Assembly: GCA_000004985.1 (NCBI GenBank)
Contig: GG738848.1
Source of the DNA: Naegleria gruberi
Taxonomy: Eukaryota
Strand: one strand, 5' to 3'
Length of the DNA stretch: 64,000 bases
This document shows positions 43,401 through 54,200 of this stretch, in pieces. How positions within the stretch are numbered: the first letter of the stretch is position 1; each line of letters starts with the position of its first letter. The notes under the pieces were generated by a model that ran no database searches, had not been told where the DNA came from, and worked only from the letters and a program-made list of their open reading frames with translations. The translations under genes were made by a program, and so were the position numbers.

Positions 43401-46281
43401 CAGTACACTCTTGTTCAGAGTGCACATCATGGAGATGAATAATAGATGTGTTGATTTCTTCCACATATTCGTTATGTTGGTCCGAATGTACTTCTTGCTT
43501 GATTTCTTCAATATGTTCACCGTGTTCCTCAACCTTTGTTTCCTCATGATTATACTGTTCATCTTGATGATCTGATGGTTCATGATGTTGAGTGGAATCG
43601 TGAGATTCCTGCTCTTCCATTTTTTCTACATGCTCGTCTTGCGCGCCAAATTGTTCATCTGTTTGCTCTACAGTATTAAGGGTGGACTCTTCAACATTCA
43701 CTTCCTCTTCATGTTGTATTTCTTCAGATTTAGGTTCTTCTACTTGTTGGACAGGTTCCTCTTCAAGTGGTTCGGCTGGTTCTTCCTCAGATGGAGATTC
43801 TTCTTGAACTGTGTCCTCATGAGTTGCTTCTATGGCTTGCTCTTCCAGTGGTGTCTCTTCAATAGGTTGCGATTCTTCTTGAATCAGATCTTGTGATTCT
43901 TGAACCTCTTCCTCTGGAGAAACAGGTTCCTCTTGTTCAATTTCTTCTTGTTGAGCTTCTTCGAAAAGTTGCTCTTCTTGAGTCTCTCCGGCTGAATTTT
44001 CTTGGACTGGTTCTTCCTCTTGTGTTTCTTCTTGAACAGTAGATTCCTCAATTGGTGCTTCTTGAACTGTTGCTTCTGGTGTTTCCTCAATTGGTTGATC
44101 ATCTTCAGTTTCTTGAGGAATTTCTTCAGTCTGTTCTTGAGCAGGTTGCTCTTCTTGAACATATTCCTCAATGTCAGCAGGTTGTGCTTCTTGAGCAACT
44201 TCCTCTTGAGAAACAGGTTCTTCCTGTTGAAGTTCTTCTTGTTTATCCTCAACTTCATGAGCAGTTGCTTCTAATGGTTGTTCTTCGTGTACTGGTTCCT
44301 CATCTACAACTTGCTCTATTGCAGGTTCTTCTGGTTGAACTTCTTCTTGTAGTGGCTCTTCATGCTCCTGGGTAGTTTCTTCTTGAGTTGTTACTTCTTC
44401 TGGTTGAGTTTCTACAATCTCCTCAGCTGGTTGAACTTCTTCTTGTAGTGGCTCTTCAGGAGAAGCTTCTTCTGGTTGAGGTTCTTCAATTCTTTCCTCC
44501 TGGGTTTCTTCCACTGGTGGTTCTTCTACTGGCCCAACTTGCTCTGGTTCTTGGGTCTCATCAACAGCTGATAGCTCTTCTTGGTGAGTTTCCACTTCTT
44601 GATCTGTAGATTCGTCAACCTCCTGCACTGGAACAGTTTCTGGGGAGGGGTCTTCATTGAGTTTCTCTTCCTCAGCTTGTTCCCCAACAGGTTGAGCTTC
44701 TTGAACCTCTTCCTCTGGTTGAATTTCTTCTTGCTCTTCTTGAACATGATCTTGGGAAGATTCTTCCTGGGTTGGTTCTTCAACTGGTTGTGATTCTTCT
44801 TGAATCAGATCTTGTGATTCTTGTTGGACCTCTTCCTCTTTAGAAACAGGTTCCTCTTGTTGAAGTTCTTCTTGTTTATCCTCAACTTCATGAGCAGTTG
44901 CTTCTAATGGTTGTTCTTCGTGTACTGGTTCCTCATCAACAACTTGCTCTATTGCAGGTTCTTCTGGTTGAGCTTCTTCAGCAGGAGATTCTTCTTGAAC
45001 TGTCTCTTGAGTTGGCTCGACAGGAAGGTCTTCTTGTGTCTCCAATGGTGCATCTTCAACAGGTTGAGCTTCTTCCTGGGTTGGTTCTTCAACTGGTTGT
45101 GATTCTTCTTGAATCAGATCTTGGGAATATTCTTCCTGGGCTACTGGTTGTTCTTCTTGAGCTACTTCCTCTTGTTCAATTTCTTCTTGTTGAGCTTCTT
45201 CTTCGAAACGTTGCTCTTCTTGAGTCTCTTCAGCCGAATGTTCTTGGATTGCTTCTTCCTCTTGTGTTTCTTCTTGAATAGTAGATTCCTCAATTGGCTC
45301 TTCTTGAACTGTTTCTTCAGGTGATTCTTGGATTGGTTCTTCTTGAGGAACTTCTTCTGTGGATTGAAGTATTTCTTGAGTTTCTTCTGCTTGAGGTTGC
45401 TCTTCTTCAGAAGGAGAAGAATTCACTTCTTGAGGAATTTCTTCAGTCTGTTCTTGAGGAGAATTCACTTCTGTTGCCTCAACAGGTAGGGTTTCCTCTT
45501 CCACTTGTTCTTGAGCTGGAGATTCTTCTGTTTGAGGTTGCTCTTCCAACGGAGCTTCCTCTTCAATAGGCTTATCCTCTTCTTGTGAAGGTTCTTCCTG
45601 AAGTTGTTCGTCCTTAGCTTCAGGCTGGTTTTCCTCGTTCAATTGATCAACCTGGGTTTGTTCTGCTGTTTCCTCTGCAACAGTTTGATTTTCCTCCTGA
45701 AATTCATTTAATTCAGTTTCCCCAGTTGGTGCTGATTCTTGTGGCTTCTCTTCCTCTACTGGTTGATTTTCTTGAGGTGATTCTTCTTGGATTGGTTCTT
45801 CTTGAGGTACTTCTTCTGTTTCTTCGGCCGTAGAAGTATTCACTTCTGTTACTGCTTCGGAAACTTCGGCAGCATCTGAGACAGGTTGTTCCTCTGTTTT
45901 TTCGTCCACTTTGGAATCCTCTTCCTTTGTTGGTTCTGAAATTTCTTCAGTAGTATTATTCTCGATTTGTTCCTTTTTTTCCTCTACAGGATGTTCCTCA
46001 GTATTTTCATTATTTACAGAATTTGATGGTTCCTTATGCTCTTTTTCATCAGAATTGAGGTTAGAAGCCGATACATTTTTTGAACCTTGTTGTTTTTGCT
46101 GATACTCATCCTTGACTGTATTTGCTAGAGCATCTCTGAAAGAAGCATTATCGATAAGAACAGGCGTAAGCTCGACACTTGTAGGAAGACTTTCCACTAC
46201 AGGTTCTGTAATTTCATCTTCATTAAAGTCATCTGTTGTATTTCCGATTAGATTATTATCGTTATGAACCTCAGTGCTCAT
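40468..46281 (-). CDS. Giant acidic (Glu/Gln/Pro-rich) repeat protein with a C-terminal RNI-like leucine-rich-repeat domain
   Basis: ORF 40468-46308. The listed start is GTG; the first ATG is at 46281 (MSTEVHNDNN), giving 1937 aa. The last roughly 150 aa are LRR_RI-like: EVNLSDNYLGDKGLEPFLETLL, ELDLSGNLISIGAALALIDFAKSNNTIRVINIQN. Every other ORF on either strand in this interval is a low-complexity shadow. Confidence 0.75.
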   Translation of the reverse strand: MSTEVHNDNNLIGNTTDDFNEDEITEPVVESLPTSVELTPVLIDNASFRDALANTVKDEYQQKQQGSKNVSASNLNSDEKEHKEPSNSVNNENTEEHPVEEKKEQIENNTTEEISEPTKEEDSKVDEKTEEQPVSDAAEVSEAVTEVNTSTAEETEEVPQEEPIQEESPQENQPVEEEKPQESAPTGETELNEFQEENQTVAEETAEQTQVDQLNEENQPEAKDEQLQEEPSQEEDKPIEEEAPLEEQPQTEESPAQEQVEEETLPVEATEVNSPQEQTEEIPQEVNSSPSEEEQPQAEETQEILQSTEEVPQEEPIQESPEETVQEEPIEESTIQEETQEEEAIQEHSAEETQEEQRFEEEAQQEEIEQEEVAQEEQPVAQEEYSQDLIQEESQPVEEPTQEEAQPVEDAPLETQEDLPVEPTQETVQEESPAEEAQPEEPAIEQVVDEEPVHEEQPLEATAHEVEDKQEELQQEEPVSKEEEVQQESQDLIQEESQPVEEPTQEESSQDHVQEEQEEIQPEEEVQEAQPVGEQAEEEKLNEDPSPETVPVQEVDESTDQEVETHQEELSAVDETQEPEQVGPVEEPPVEETQEERIEEPQPEEASPEEPLQEEVQPAEEIVETQPEEVTTQEETTQEHEEPLQEEVQPEEPAIEQVVDEEPVHEEQPLEATAHEVEDKQEELQQEEPVSQEEVAQEAQPADIEEYVQEEQPAQEQTEEIPQETEDDQPIEETPEATVQEAPIEESTVQEETQEEEPVQENSAGETQEEQLFEEAQQEEIEQEEPVSPEEEVQESQDLIQEESQPIEETPLEEQAIEATHEDTVQEESPSEEEPAEPLEEEPVQQVEEPKSEEIQHEEEVNVEESTLNTVEQTDEQFGAQDEHVEKMEEQESHDSTQHHEPSDHQDEQYNHEETKVEEHGEHIEEIKQEVHSDQHNEYVEEINTSIIHLHDVHSEQECTEEDHDETSSTLPESHDHEQYQTLDDHETHEQEDTETKSHRDIEDMDHFADVESPREQTIQEPLQEEGLPFEIGHEKKSENEEKKDKHNHEEVKEVKEENVEKHDHEEKEKNDHEEKKDIHNHDEDKKENVEKHDHEEKKDKHNHEKEVKEENVEKHVHEEKDKHNHEEVKEEKVEIHDREEKKEKHDHEEKKNELKHDEKVEEEKEEKKKHDPEEKKDDKKEEKVEKHDHEEKKEKHDNEEKKEKHNHDDKQENIAYQETEIINKSSEEQTEEIVEIHAQEIVKEEEPKMEPVTEPPQEESLPFEVANTEKPQAIEEASVEEHKHTEENHENIETTEEHREDIKNEEHHDRVEDHHQVKHESVDEVKKVEEQEEQIIEEHSHKEQNDEIKCTEEHIGHQESNQESEIKQVEETVEYVESKQEELEESHEEQSEEVHVSEEEDFEVHQTAHEESIKEVSSEEVTKEDEFENSKQHVEQEFSENNEVALENTEEETFESLENQEQTHENFENIESHEENFEENQFNETTDEFEQNTEEFNETDQFFEEKYEETQEETQEDHEPTQEETQDQHEEQFEDHFEDQFEEQFEEFANEESTEIKQESNEFVDQVEKEMKEQSEEAEEKEDTSHQQETDMDHFPGEESPREQTVQEPFHEESLPFEVDQQEEVQAEEIETADNQKEQKETTHEEEQAELQKEDEFDSFEEDFETFEEQPSEESSTEEEHHVRFAEETKTIEDSYTTQDETNHHEETQEETHQETFVDTKLSEETHVKSSQKEETQEDKQEKHQQPEEKQEPHEETSVDAPEKHKQPEETHVEEAQAEYVVEETKEEEPVKERTLEDVYVENCEKRSLRPNTRLRAQFGTNTIVTDGEVNLSDNYLGDKGLEPFLETLLNVEFHKLSLPKQGFRNPAIETLVSILKPHPTIVELDLSGNLISIGAALALIDFAKSNNTIRVINIQNTYIDDMFKEKIEKYLAKNA
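42600..43180 (-). repeat. Coding tandem repeat array rich in Lys/Glu/His (HDHEEKKEK-type units)
   Basis: Translation reads ...KKDKHNHEEVKEVKEENVEKHDHEEKEKNDHEEKKDIHNHDEDKKENVEKHDHEEKKDKHNHEKEVKEENVEKHVHEEKDKHNHEE...HDHEEKKEKHDNEEKKEKHNHDDK. The DNA shows recurring 'catgatcatg(t/c)tt(t)tc' and 'cttcttctcttc' units. Confidence 0.8.
43700..45600 (-). repeat. Coding repeats (Glu/Gln/Pro-rich), including long near-identical duplications
   Basis: A segment of about 137 bp at ~44201-44337 recurs at ~44833-44969. It encodes PEEPAIEQVVDEEPVHEEQPLEATAHEVEDKQEELQQEEPVS twice. 'gattcttcttgaatcagatcttg(t/g)ga' occurs three times (~43871, ~44791, ~45100). Confidence 0.8.
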
Positions 46282-47002
46282 TCTTTTTGTTTTTTCAATG
46301 TTATACACCTAGTTTATGTAATAAATAATTGTTTAAGTCCTTATTATTTAAAAAAATTAATGACCAACAATGTGTTGAGGGTTGTTGGGATTTTTTTTGT
46401 TCTGTCTCTTGCCCTTAAAATGCTCTTGCTAAGACTACAATGCAGCCAATATGACACATGCACAACCCGCCAATAAAAACTACAAAAAATCCTCTTTTAC
46501 GCCTGTACCTAACCAAGTACAAGGAGGTTCTTTGCAAAGATTTAAACTCACACCCAACGCTTTGACGATAATTGATGTGTTTGTGCCTCTCTACGAGTTG
46601 GGCGGGAAAGTAATAAAAAGAAAATGGGCATATAAAATACCAATTCTGTAAATTCTGTATCGATCACAGAAGAGATCCATTAGTATGATCTTCATCATTC
46701 TCTATTGTGAATAATTCTAAAGTTCAACTGAGATTTTAAACCTTGGAAAGAAATCAACACCAAACAAGTGTCTTCTCATTGTTACCAACTTGGAGAGCTC
46801 ATTATATCCAAACAGAACTCACAACAAATTGTAGGAATTTGTCTCATTTTGATGATCAGTTTCGTCTGCCTAATTTTATTAGACAAGTAAGATTTGAATT
46901 TGTATTTAAAGATTTAACAGGTCTTAATCTGGAATATTTCTGAATTACCATTAGGTAGCTATTCCAATGAAAACAAGATAAAGTTATGTAGACTATTATT
47001 AT

Positions 47003-48109
47003 TTAGTTTGATCCCAGAGCTCTTCCAGAACCCCAGCTGTGATTATTGGCTGATTGGTCGTTCGAATTATTGTTTCCTCCTCTAAACCACCCACTAATAC
47101 TGCTCATAAATCCACCTGAACTTGGTTGACTCGGGGTTGATTGAGTATCTTGTTGATTTGTTTGTGCTGTTGCGCTTGTAAAAACAGCCTCATTAGATAC
47201 AAAGTAAAAAGATCTTTCTCTGATAAATTTTGGAATTTTTCTGTCAATAAACAGGAATACCTTATTAATTGGTGTTACAAATCTCACAAGGATCCAAATC
47301 AAATATCCAGAAATCATGCCAGTCAAATGTCCCATCAATGAGACATTTGGCATTAACAATGAAGTAACAATTAACATTAACCATGGAATTAATTTAGGTG
47401 CAAAATCATCTGCATTGGCACCAGGATATAACTGTTCAAAAAGTGGTCTATATTGAACTGTAAAAACTAAATATCCAAACAAAACACCACTATATCCCAC
47501 AGTGCATCTATCCAATAAAAAGGAAAGTGTTTGTCCAGCTCCAAAACCTTGAATAAAAAGTGCATCAATAGCAACCCAAACAGCAGATCCAAATATTATC
47601 ATAAATAATGAAATAAAGAAAAAGTATATAGTTCCAAGTGTTGATTCAATCCTATTTCCGAATTGATATAAAGCCAGCATGTTAAACAATATATGTGTTA
47701 TACTCCCATGAAAGAAAGGGAATGTAAATAATTGCCAAACTTTAGTGGTTAATATTGTTGTGGAGTATCTATAGCAAATATCAGAAGACTTTGGTTCATT
47801 GAAAACGCCCTGTACAATATACAAAATAATACAAACACAAAATACAATATTACTACATAATGGAAAATATAAAAACCAATTTTTAACTTTGATATGAATA
47901 GGATCTTCAATATGATAGCCAGATTCAGGCTGCGAAGGAATTGTATGAATATTTGATGATCCACCTGTTGATGATCCAATTGCAGTATTCGTTAGAAATC
48001 CTCCTGAAGAAGATGATGATGTTTGTTGATTATTATTGTGGCTTCCTCCTCTTTGTAAGTCTTGTACTCGACCACTTGGAGAGAAAAACTCCCTTCCAAA
48101 CGAAAACAT
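47003..48109 (-). CDS. Rhomboid-family intramembrane serine protease, predicted active
   Basis: ORF 47003-48145. The listed start is TTG; ATG 48109 follows an A-run (368 aa). Motifs: WQLFTFPFFHGSITHILFNM, catalytic GYSGVLFG (GxSG), MGHLTGMISG (catalytic His). Six or more hydrophobic helices. Confidence 0.85.
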   Translation of the reverse strand: MFSFGREFFSPSGRVQDLQRGGSHNNNQQTSSSSSGGFLTNTAIGSSTGGSSNIHTIPSQPESGYHIEDPIHIKVKNWFLYFPLCSNIVFCVCIILYIVQGVFNEPKSSDICYRYSTTILTTKVWQLFTFPFFHGSITHILFNMLALYQFGNRIESTLGTIYFFFISLFMIIFGSAVWVAIDALFIQGFGAGQTLSFLLDRCTVGYSGVLFGYLVFTVQYRPLFEQLYPGANADDFAPKLIPWLMLIVTSLLMPNVSLMGHLTGMISGYLIWILVRFVTPINKVFLFIDRKIPKFIRERSFYFVSNEAVFTSATAQTNQQDTQSTPSQPSSGGFMSSISGWFRGGNNNSNDQSANNHSWGSGRALGSN

Positions 48110-48322
48110 TTTTTGTTGTTTGTTGATGGGAGATTTTCGATGCAAAATGGAAATTAAAAATAGGGTAGAGGGATGCCTTGGAAAAATAGAATAGTTTCGA
48201 AATAAGGAGGCGAAATTAAGGATTCAAGTAAACTAAATGGTAAATCCCAACCCAAGGACTCTTTCAATTTATACTTATTTTGTAAAATACAATATTTATT
48301 ATGGATATAATATATTTACAAA

Positions 48323-49364
48323 TTAAAAAAAGTCACTCATATCCTCGAATGAATAGTTTGATGGATAATCTATATTTTCAAACCCAGTCCTTGGTGGGCT
48401 TGTAATGAAGAATGTTGGCGAAATATCCAATCCAGGTGATGAACAACTTGATGCCATCAAATTGGTTGGAGAACACATGCCAAAAGTATTACTTGTCAAT
48501 AATGGAACAGAAAGTGGTGAAGGTCTTGGTTTTGTAATTTTGGTTAATTGACTCATTGTACTAGGGATTTGTTGAGTAAGCGCAGAAGGAATTGAATTTT
48601 GATCAAATTGCAATTTTCCAGTTAGAATATCGCTTACTAACTTTTCCAACTCGGCAACTCTCTTCTTGAGCCCTTGATTTTCTTCGAAAAGGTTTGTTTG
48701 GTCTTGTGCAGGAATAATATTAATATCAATAGCCGGTTGCTTCTTTCTCTTCGAGTCACTGCTGTAACTACTTTCAGAGTCTTCTTCATATTCTCGCTTT
48801 TTCAGTTTCTTGTCTTCTGTTGTCTTTTTATCATTGGTGACGGTCTCTTTTCTAGTCTTTGTTCTAATCCAAAAGTTGTTTGATAAACCAACAAGCTTGA
48901 CTTGTTCTCCTTGTTTTTGAACAAGTTTCAAATAACCAATACGAGATTTGCCATTGCTTCCTCCCTGCCAAAGATAAGAATTTATGTAAATAATAAATAC
49001 TTACTTTGTTACATCTTGGAATTGTCAAATTACATTCGTGTAATTCGTTAAAGGCTTTTTCTGTATGGAGAGTTTCGTTAATAAATAACTGACAAACAAG
49101 TGATGAACCATCAATATCTAGTGGTTTAAAAAGTTGAACTTTAAGTTGATCAGAAACAAAGACATTATGAGTGGTGTTGCTAGGAGATCGTTTGCCATTA
49201 ACATTAAAACCGTTTGGTAAACATTCAATCCTTGCCAAACCACCATTAATTGTCTTATCATTGATGGAGAAAAGTATTGTAATGTCATTGTTTTTTGTTG
49301 TATTGTTATTTGTTGTTTCTTCATCATCAAATAATTTGCAAACGTCTTCTTCAGTAAACTCCAT
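48323..49364 (-). CDS. Hypothetical protein with a basic region followed by a short leucine-zipper-like helix
   Basis: Exons 49364..49005 and 48964..48323, with a 40-nt GTAAGT...CAG intron (333 aa). The listed starts are TTG. Features: basic tract RTKTRKETVTNDKKTTEDKKLKKRE, then NQGLKKRVAELEKLVSDIL. The N-terminal roughly 150 aa form an unassigned, probably beta-rich domain. Confidence 0.5.
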
Positions 49365-49771
49365 TTTTCTCTCCAATTAGTGTTCGTGATGTTCTTGCTG
49401 CTTCCCTCTTCTCAACGTTTTGGGATTTTTTTTGTGGAAGAAATTCTGGGCGAAAATACTTCCCAGAGTTATATCATCATTTTTTTTCAGTGTTGCTGTG
49501 GTGCTTTTAATAGAACACCTTATGGCGCGCAGAAGCAATGATGAAATATTGAAAATTGAATACCAACACAATAATCACAACAAATAACCAATGTGAATGT
49601 AAATAAATTGTAGTCTCTTCTGGGAGTGCTATTTATTATTAATATTTAAATTCTTCTTTAATAATTTAAGTTTGATGAAAATATGGTACAACAACTGATA
49701 GTAGGGGAATAATGGAAGAATAAAAATAATAGCCAAATACTTTGGGAAGAGATGATGAATATACAATAATA

Positions 49772-52700
49772 TTACTTTCTGTGGGCAAGAATGTGTACAC
49801 CATCATTAATTCTGGCACGAATATTACCCAAACTTTCCTTGATCTTATCACGGAAAGCATTATCTGCTTCCTCTTTAGAGGCATCGAGAATTAAACATTT
49901 TCTCAACCACAAGACATCTTCAATACTTGACAATTCTGGGATACCTGTACCCAACATTAATGTAAACAAGGTCATTATCATGTGACCATATTTACGTAAA
50001 ATATTGTAAGCCTTACAACCTAATTCACTGAATTTTTCATACATGACACTATTTTCACCACCCATAACATAGGCATACATTGGAGTGAAAACGAAAGGAG
50101 TAGTTTCACGTTTCAAACCAGCAAATGTCTTAAAGTGCCCCAAAAAGTGGCCAAAGTCAATGTGGAACAAGTCTCCCTTCTTGGTTATCATAATATTGTC
50201 ATTGTGTCTGTCACCAATACCTAAAACATAGGTTGCAGAACAGTAACCTGCACAAGAGTGTACAAAGTTATTAACTACTGTATCCCATTCTTCTTCACCG
50301 TTATGTTCTTTGAGCCATTTGTAAATTGGATCTTGTTTGAAAGCACCAGAGAAACCAGCTCTCTTCTTTGTAATATTTGCAATGGTTTGACTGTTTAAAA
50401 CAATTTCAAGCATACCAGTCATATAACCAGTACAAATACAACCATAAGGTTGCATATGAAGATCTAAACCTTCCTTCTTCCACAACTGATCCATAACACG
50501 TAAAACTTGCAAGGTCAATAAATCCTGACGTAAATCGTCACCAGCCTTAAACATGACAAGAATATCATCACCTGTTTCGTCAGCATTCTTGAAACAAAGC
50601 CATAATGGCCTCTTTGCAGAGTCCATGACTCTACATTTTTCTGGAATGATACCAATAACTTCCATACGTGGAGAGAGTGGTAACTTGTATTTTGGTGGTT
50701 GTTTGAGTCCATGAAGTAATTGTACAAGTGCTTCATTAACAGTAGCCTTCTTTTCATGTTTGATCTTAATGGCAATATCGAGCAATTGATCCAAAACACC
50801 GTTTTGTTTCAACAATTCTCTTCTGTGACCACCTGAATTCAATAAATATTCTTCCAAGATAAGACCGTGTCTCTCTTTTGCTGTTGGAACGTGCATTTCG
50901 GCCTTCAAATGCCAAAAGAGAATGTGACCAATGATGTGTGTTGATCTCAAACCTCTTTGAAGCAAAAATCTAGCAAGACTACTGTCATGATATAATTCAT
51001 ACTTAAGTGTTTGAACTAATTGAAGCAAAAAGTCACTCAATTGAACATCTCCTAATTCATTAAGTCTTTCAACTGAATATTGTCTAACTTTTGCATCAGC
51101 AAAGTTATAGTCCAATAATTCTAAAGCATCAACTGGAGTCATTGGTTTCCATCTAGGAAGTAATGTGTGAACAGTATAGACAGCTTGTGGCATCTTCCAT
51201 GGCACGCTCAAAATAAACTTTGGTAAAGCTTTTGGTATGTCAACAAGCTTTTCCTTATTGGACCAAAGTAACCATTTTTCTTCCTCTGTTAGATTTTGAA
51301 GTGGATCTTTGGAAATAATCTGATCAAGTCTCTGTTTCAGTTGTTCTCCTTGTGGTAAATCTTTGAAAAATTCATTAATCTTTTGTTCAAAAGAGGCCAA
51401 ACGTTTAGCCATCTTCTTTGGAGGTCTACCTTGAGGGAAGACCACTGGCAGTGGATAACGATCAAATTGATAAGCAATAACGATTGGTGTTTCATCAGTT
51501 CCAGTATTTTCAGCAACGACACTAATTGGTTTAGCTCTATCATTTGGCCACATTGGAGAAAGATAATCTCCTTGGTTCAAAAATCCCTTAAAGTTAATCA
51601 TTGTCTTAATCACATAACCGAGAGGAATATCCTTTGTACTGACGTGTGAAGGTGTATGGAAAGGATCTTTGGAAGTTGTTTGATTCTTTGTTATCACTCT
51701 TGAGAAGAGAGTAAAGCAGAGCTTTGTTTCTCTTGGAATATCAGAAAGTAAAACATCATCAAATACTATGAATTGATTCCATCTAGGAGATCTACTGAAA
51801 GGTACCATTTTAGTAAATCTGGCTTTTGTAAGTGGTGTACCACCGTGATATAATTCACAGCATACATATAAATAGGTATCGTCAATTTGAGACAAATTTG
51901 AAATAGAGTTGAAATTGAGATTGTCAATGCCCATAATTTTAACTCGTGCACATTTGACTAAATCCCACAAACTCAAATACTGCATTTTGTGCCATTCCTT
52001 TTCTCCAAAACGAATGTCATCATGTGCATAAATTTTTTGGTCCTTCTCGTGTTTAAAATCATATGAAACAGTTTTAAGAGTGACATCTCTAGGATCCAAT
52101 TCAGCCTTCACAGTTTCCTTATCTAAAAGTGTTAGTGTTGGCTTAACTGCCTTTTTCATACATTTTCTAATATGTTCAAATTCTGCCATTTTGTAATCAC
52201 CATACATGTATTCGGCAGTACCAGCTGCTTTAAATACCCAATCTTCCTTCTTTCTTCTCTGTTGATGGGCTGTATTCAATTTGTTTAAAAATATTTCAGC
52301 AAAATCGTCAGCTGTCGTGTTAAAATCACATTCAACAAGTTTTGCTGCCTTATTACCATCAAGTGTACAATTTACGTTAATGTAGAATTTTTTAGTCAAT
52401 TCATTTGGATTAATTGGTTCAACACTCAAAAATACAGGTGGAAGGAAAGCTTCTCTGTCTTCACTTTTCTTATCACTCTTTTCAAAGTGTTGAAGTCTGA
52501 AATTTTCCATAAATTAATATTTGATCATATTTGTGAAATAGTCCCCGAGAGTTAGATAAATTGTTGGATGATAATTGTGGTCAATCATTCTATTCAAAAT
52601 AGTTTTTACATACTTTTTAAAGGTTTCACGAGTAATTTGAACTTCTTCAGAATTCGAACTCCATTCTTTTGTTGGTCCAAGAATAATTTCAATTTCCTTT

Positions 52701-53137
52701 CTAATTTCCTCTTGTGTTGATGAGTTAGCCAAACGTTTACTTGTCTATTATTGTCAAATAACAAGAGTGACAATAAAAGTGATGATCAATGTGATTGTAA
52801 AGATGATAATAGCAATGACGATCCGCAAATAGTGATAAAAGAATAACCATCAATTAATAGATTGAATAGTAGATTATCAACAACACATTCCATCAATATA
52901 TTCCAACAATATAAACATTGTTACTACTAGTTGTTGAAGATTACTACTAACCTCATCGTCTTCCTCCAAAATTTTTCTCCAATGTTCCTCATCTCTTGCT
53001 GTTACTTTACCAAATTTTTCCAATCGCTTGATCATAGCCTCCATTTCTTTAGAGTCCTGTACTGATTCTCCATTTTCACCTCCATTCTCTGTTGTTGTTG
53101 GAGTTGTTGGTGTTTTTGGCTCTGCTTCGACAGGCAT
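49772..53137 (-). CDS. PIK3C: Class I phosphoinositide 3-kinase catalytic subunit (p110-like). The N-terminal exons are tentative.
   Basis: The main ORF 49772-52510 (912 aa) covers a Ras-binding region (WVFKAAGTAEYMYGDYKMAEFEHIRKCM), a C2 domain, a PIK helical domain (LLQLVQTLKYELYHDSSLARFLL) and the kinase domain (GDDLRQDLLTLQV, GIGDRHNDNIM, HIDFGHFLG). The upstream same-frame ORF 52514-52732, with exon 53137..52952 (207-nt intron, acceptor at 52745), appears to encode the N-terminus. A single TAA at 52516..52514 separates the frames. The alternative model is exons 53137..52952, 52744..52614 and 52496..49772 (3042 nt, in frame). Confidence 0.8.
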
Positions 53138-54200
53138 TTTTTTATTGGCTTGATTGGTTAATCATCTATCACAAAATTCTTCTTTCGCTACTCGACATCA
53201 ATGGTTTCTTTGCCTTTTGATGATTACTTGTTGGTTATTATGCACACAATTGTTGACAGAATTTATTCAAGTTGTTAGGGAAACCAATTGTTACATTAGT
53301 TTAGAGAGTAAATAATGGGCTCAACTTTACAAAATATCAAATGAAAAATGTTTCTAAACAATATGTAAAAGCAAAAATCAACAAGCAAGTTGTGACCTAG
53401 GAAAGTGATGAAAACTCAGTAATCATCAGTCTTTTTATCCGTGGTTGTGAACTAGGTTGTAAAAATTAATCATCTTAACATATTCTTGTCAAAGTCTTTC
53501 GTGACAATGTTTTAACATTGACCGTTGCAACATTAGTTTCATTACAACAGTAAATCAAGGGGTTGGATAGTAGGAAACAATACATAGCCAAGTCAGATAA
53601 GGGATCATGTTTTAACAAAACTGTAGTAAAATTCCTTGTTTCTACAAATTTCGCCACTCATTCTCAATTTAGACAAAAATCAACAACTTTTTTTTCACAA
53701 CTGGTTGACGATCCTTAACGCGATGAACATCCAAATCTCCATTGATAAGCAACAACAACTGCTCATTGAATGATTATCTAATCACTAAAAACTTTTGTAT
53801 CAAAATAATTATTGGAAATGAAAGTGAAACTGGGTATTCAATCAAATTGTCTGATTGATTATCCACTACAGCTCGGTCTCAATGACGAGGAACAAAGGAT
53901 TCTCAAACTCTGGCCGAAATGATTGAATAAAAATAAATCATGACCAGAAAAGTTAATTTTGCGAGAGAAATCACCGTTATGAATCGCCTCCAAGCAATAA
54001 TATTGTAGCGCTAGCTAATCAATTTGACAAAAAAAACGTGCGTTCAATCAATTGTACAAACCGCCAAACAACAACAACAACTAGTGATAGGTACTTTCAA
54101 TAACAAGTTTGTTCCTATTCCCAACCCATTTCATACCTAGAGATTTATGCTCCTATAAGCCAATCATTTTCTATAATTTCATTCCTTACAAATCATCATC

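Noticed and set aside
40767-45569. About 30 ORFs of 60-220 aa on both strands inside the acidic-repeat gene, translating to Lys/Arg-rich or Leu/Phe-rich proteins
   Set aside because: They are alternative-frame or antisense shadows of GAA/GAG/CAA-rich repeats within the single 1937-aa ORF. They have no independent start context or recognisable motifs.
46451-46943. Two 66-aa plus-strand ORFs between the acidic-protein gene and the rhomboid gene
   Set aside because: They have no domain signal or start context. They are likely intergenic.
2675-49376. ORF-track start codons taken at face value (for example 2675, 3132, 8604, 14814, 46308, 48145, 49376)
   Set aside because: Checking the bases shows these 'M' residues are TTG or GTG. 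They mark exon interiors or positions upstream of the real ATG, so I re-derived the coordinates.
52591-52610. A 20-nt GTAAAA...ATAG segment inside the PI3K upstream ORF as a possible mini-intron
   Set aside because: It does not remove the TAA at 52514-52516 and has poor donor quality. The 117-nt GTATGT...TTTCAG option is the only canonical intron that does remove it.
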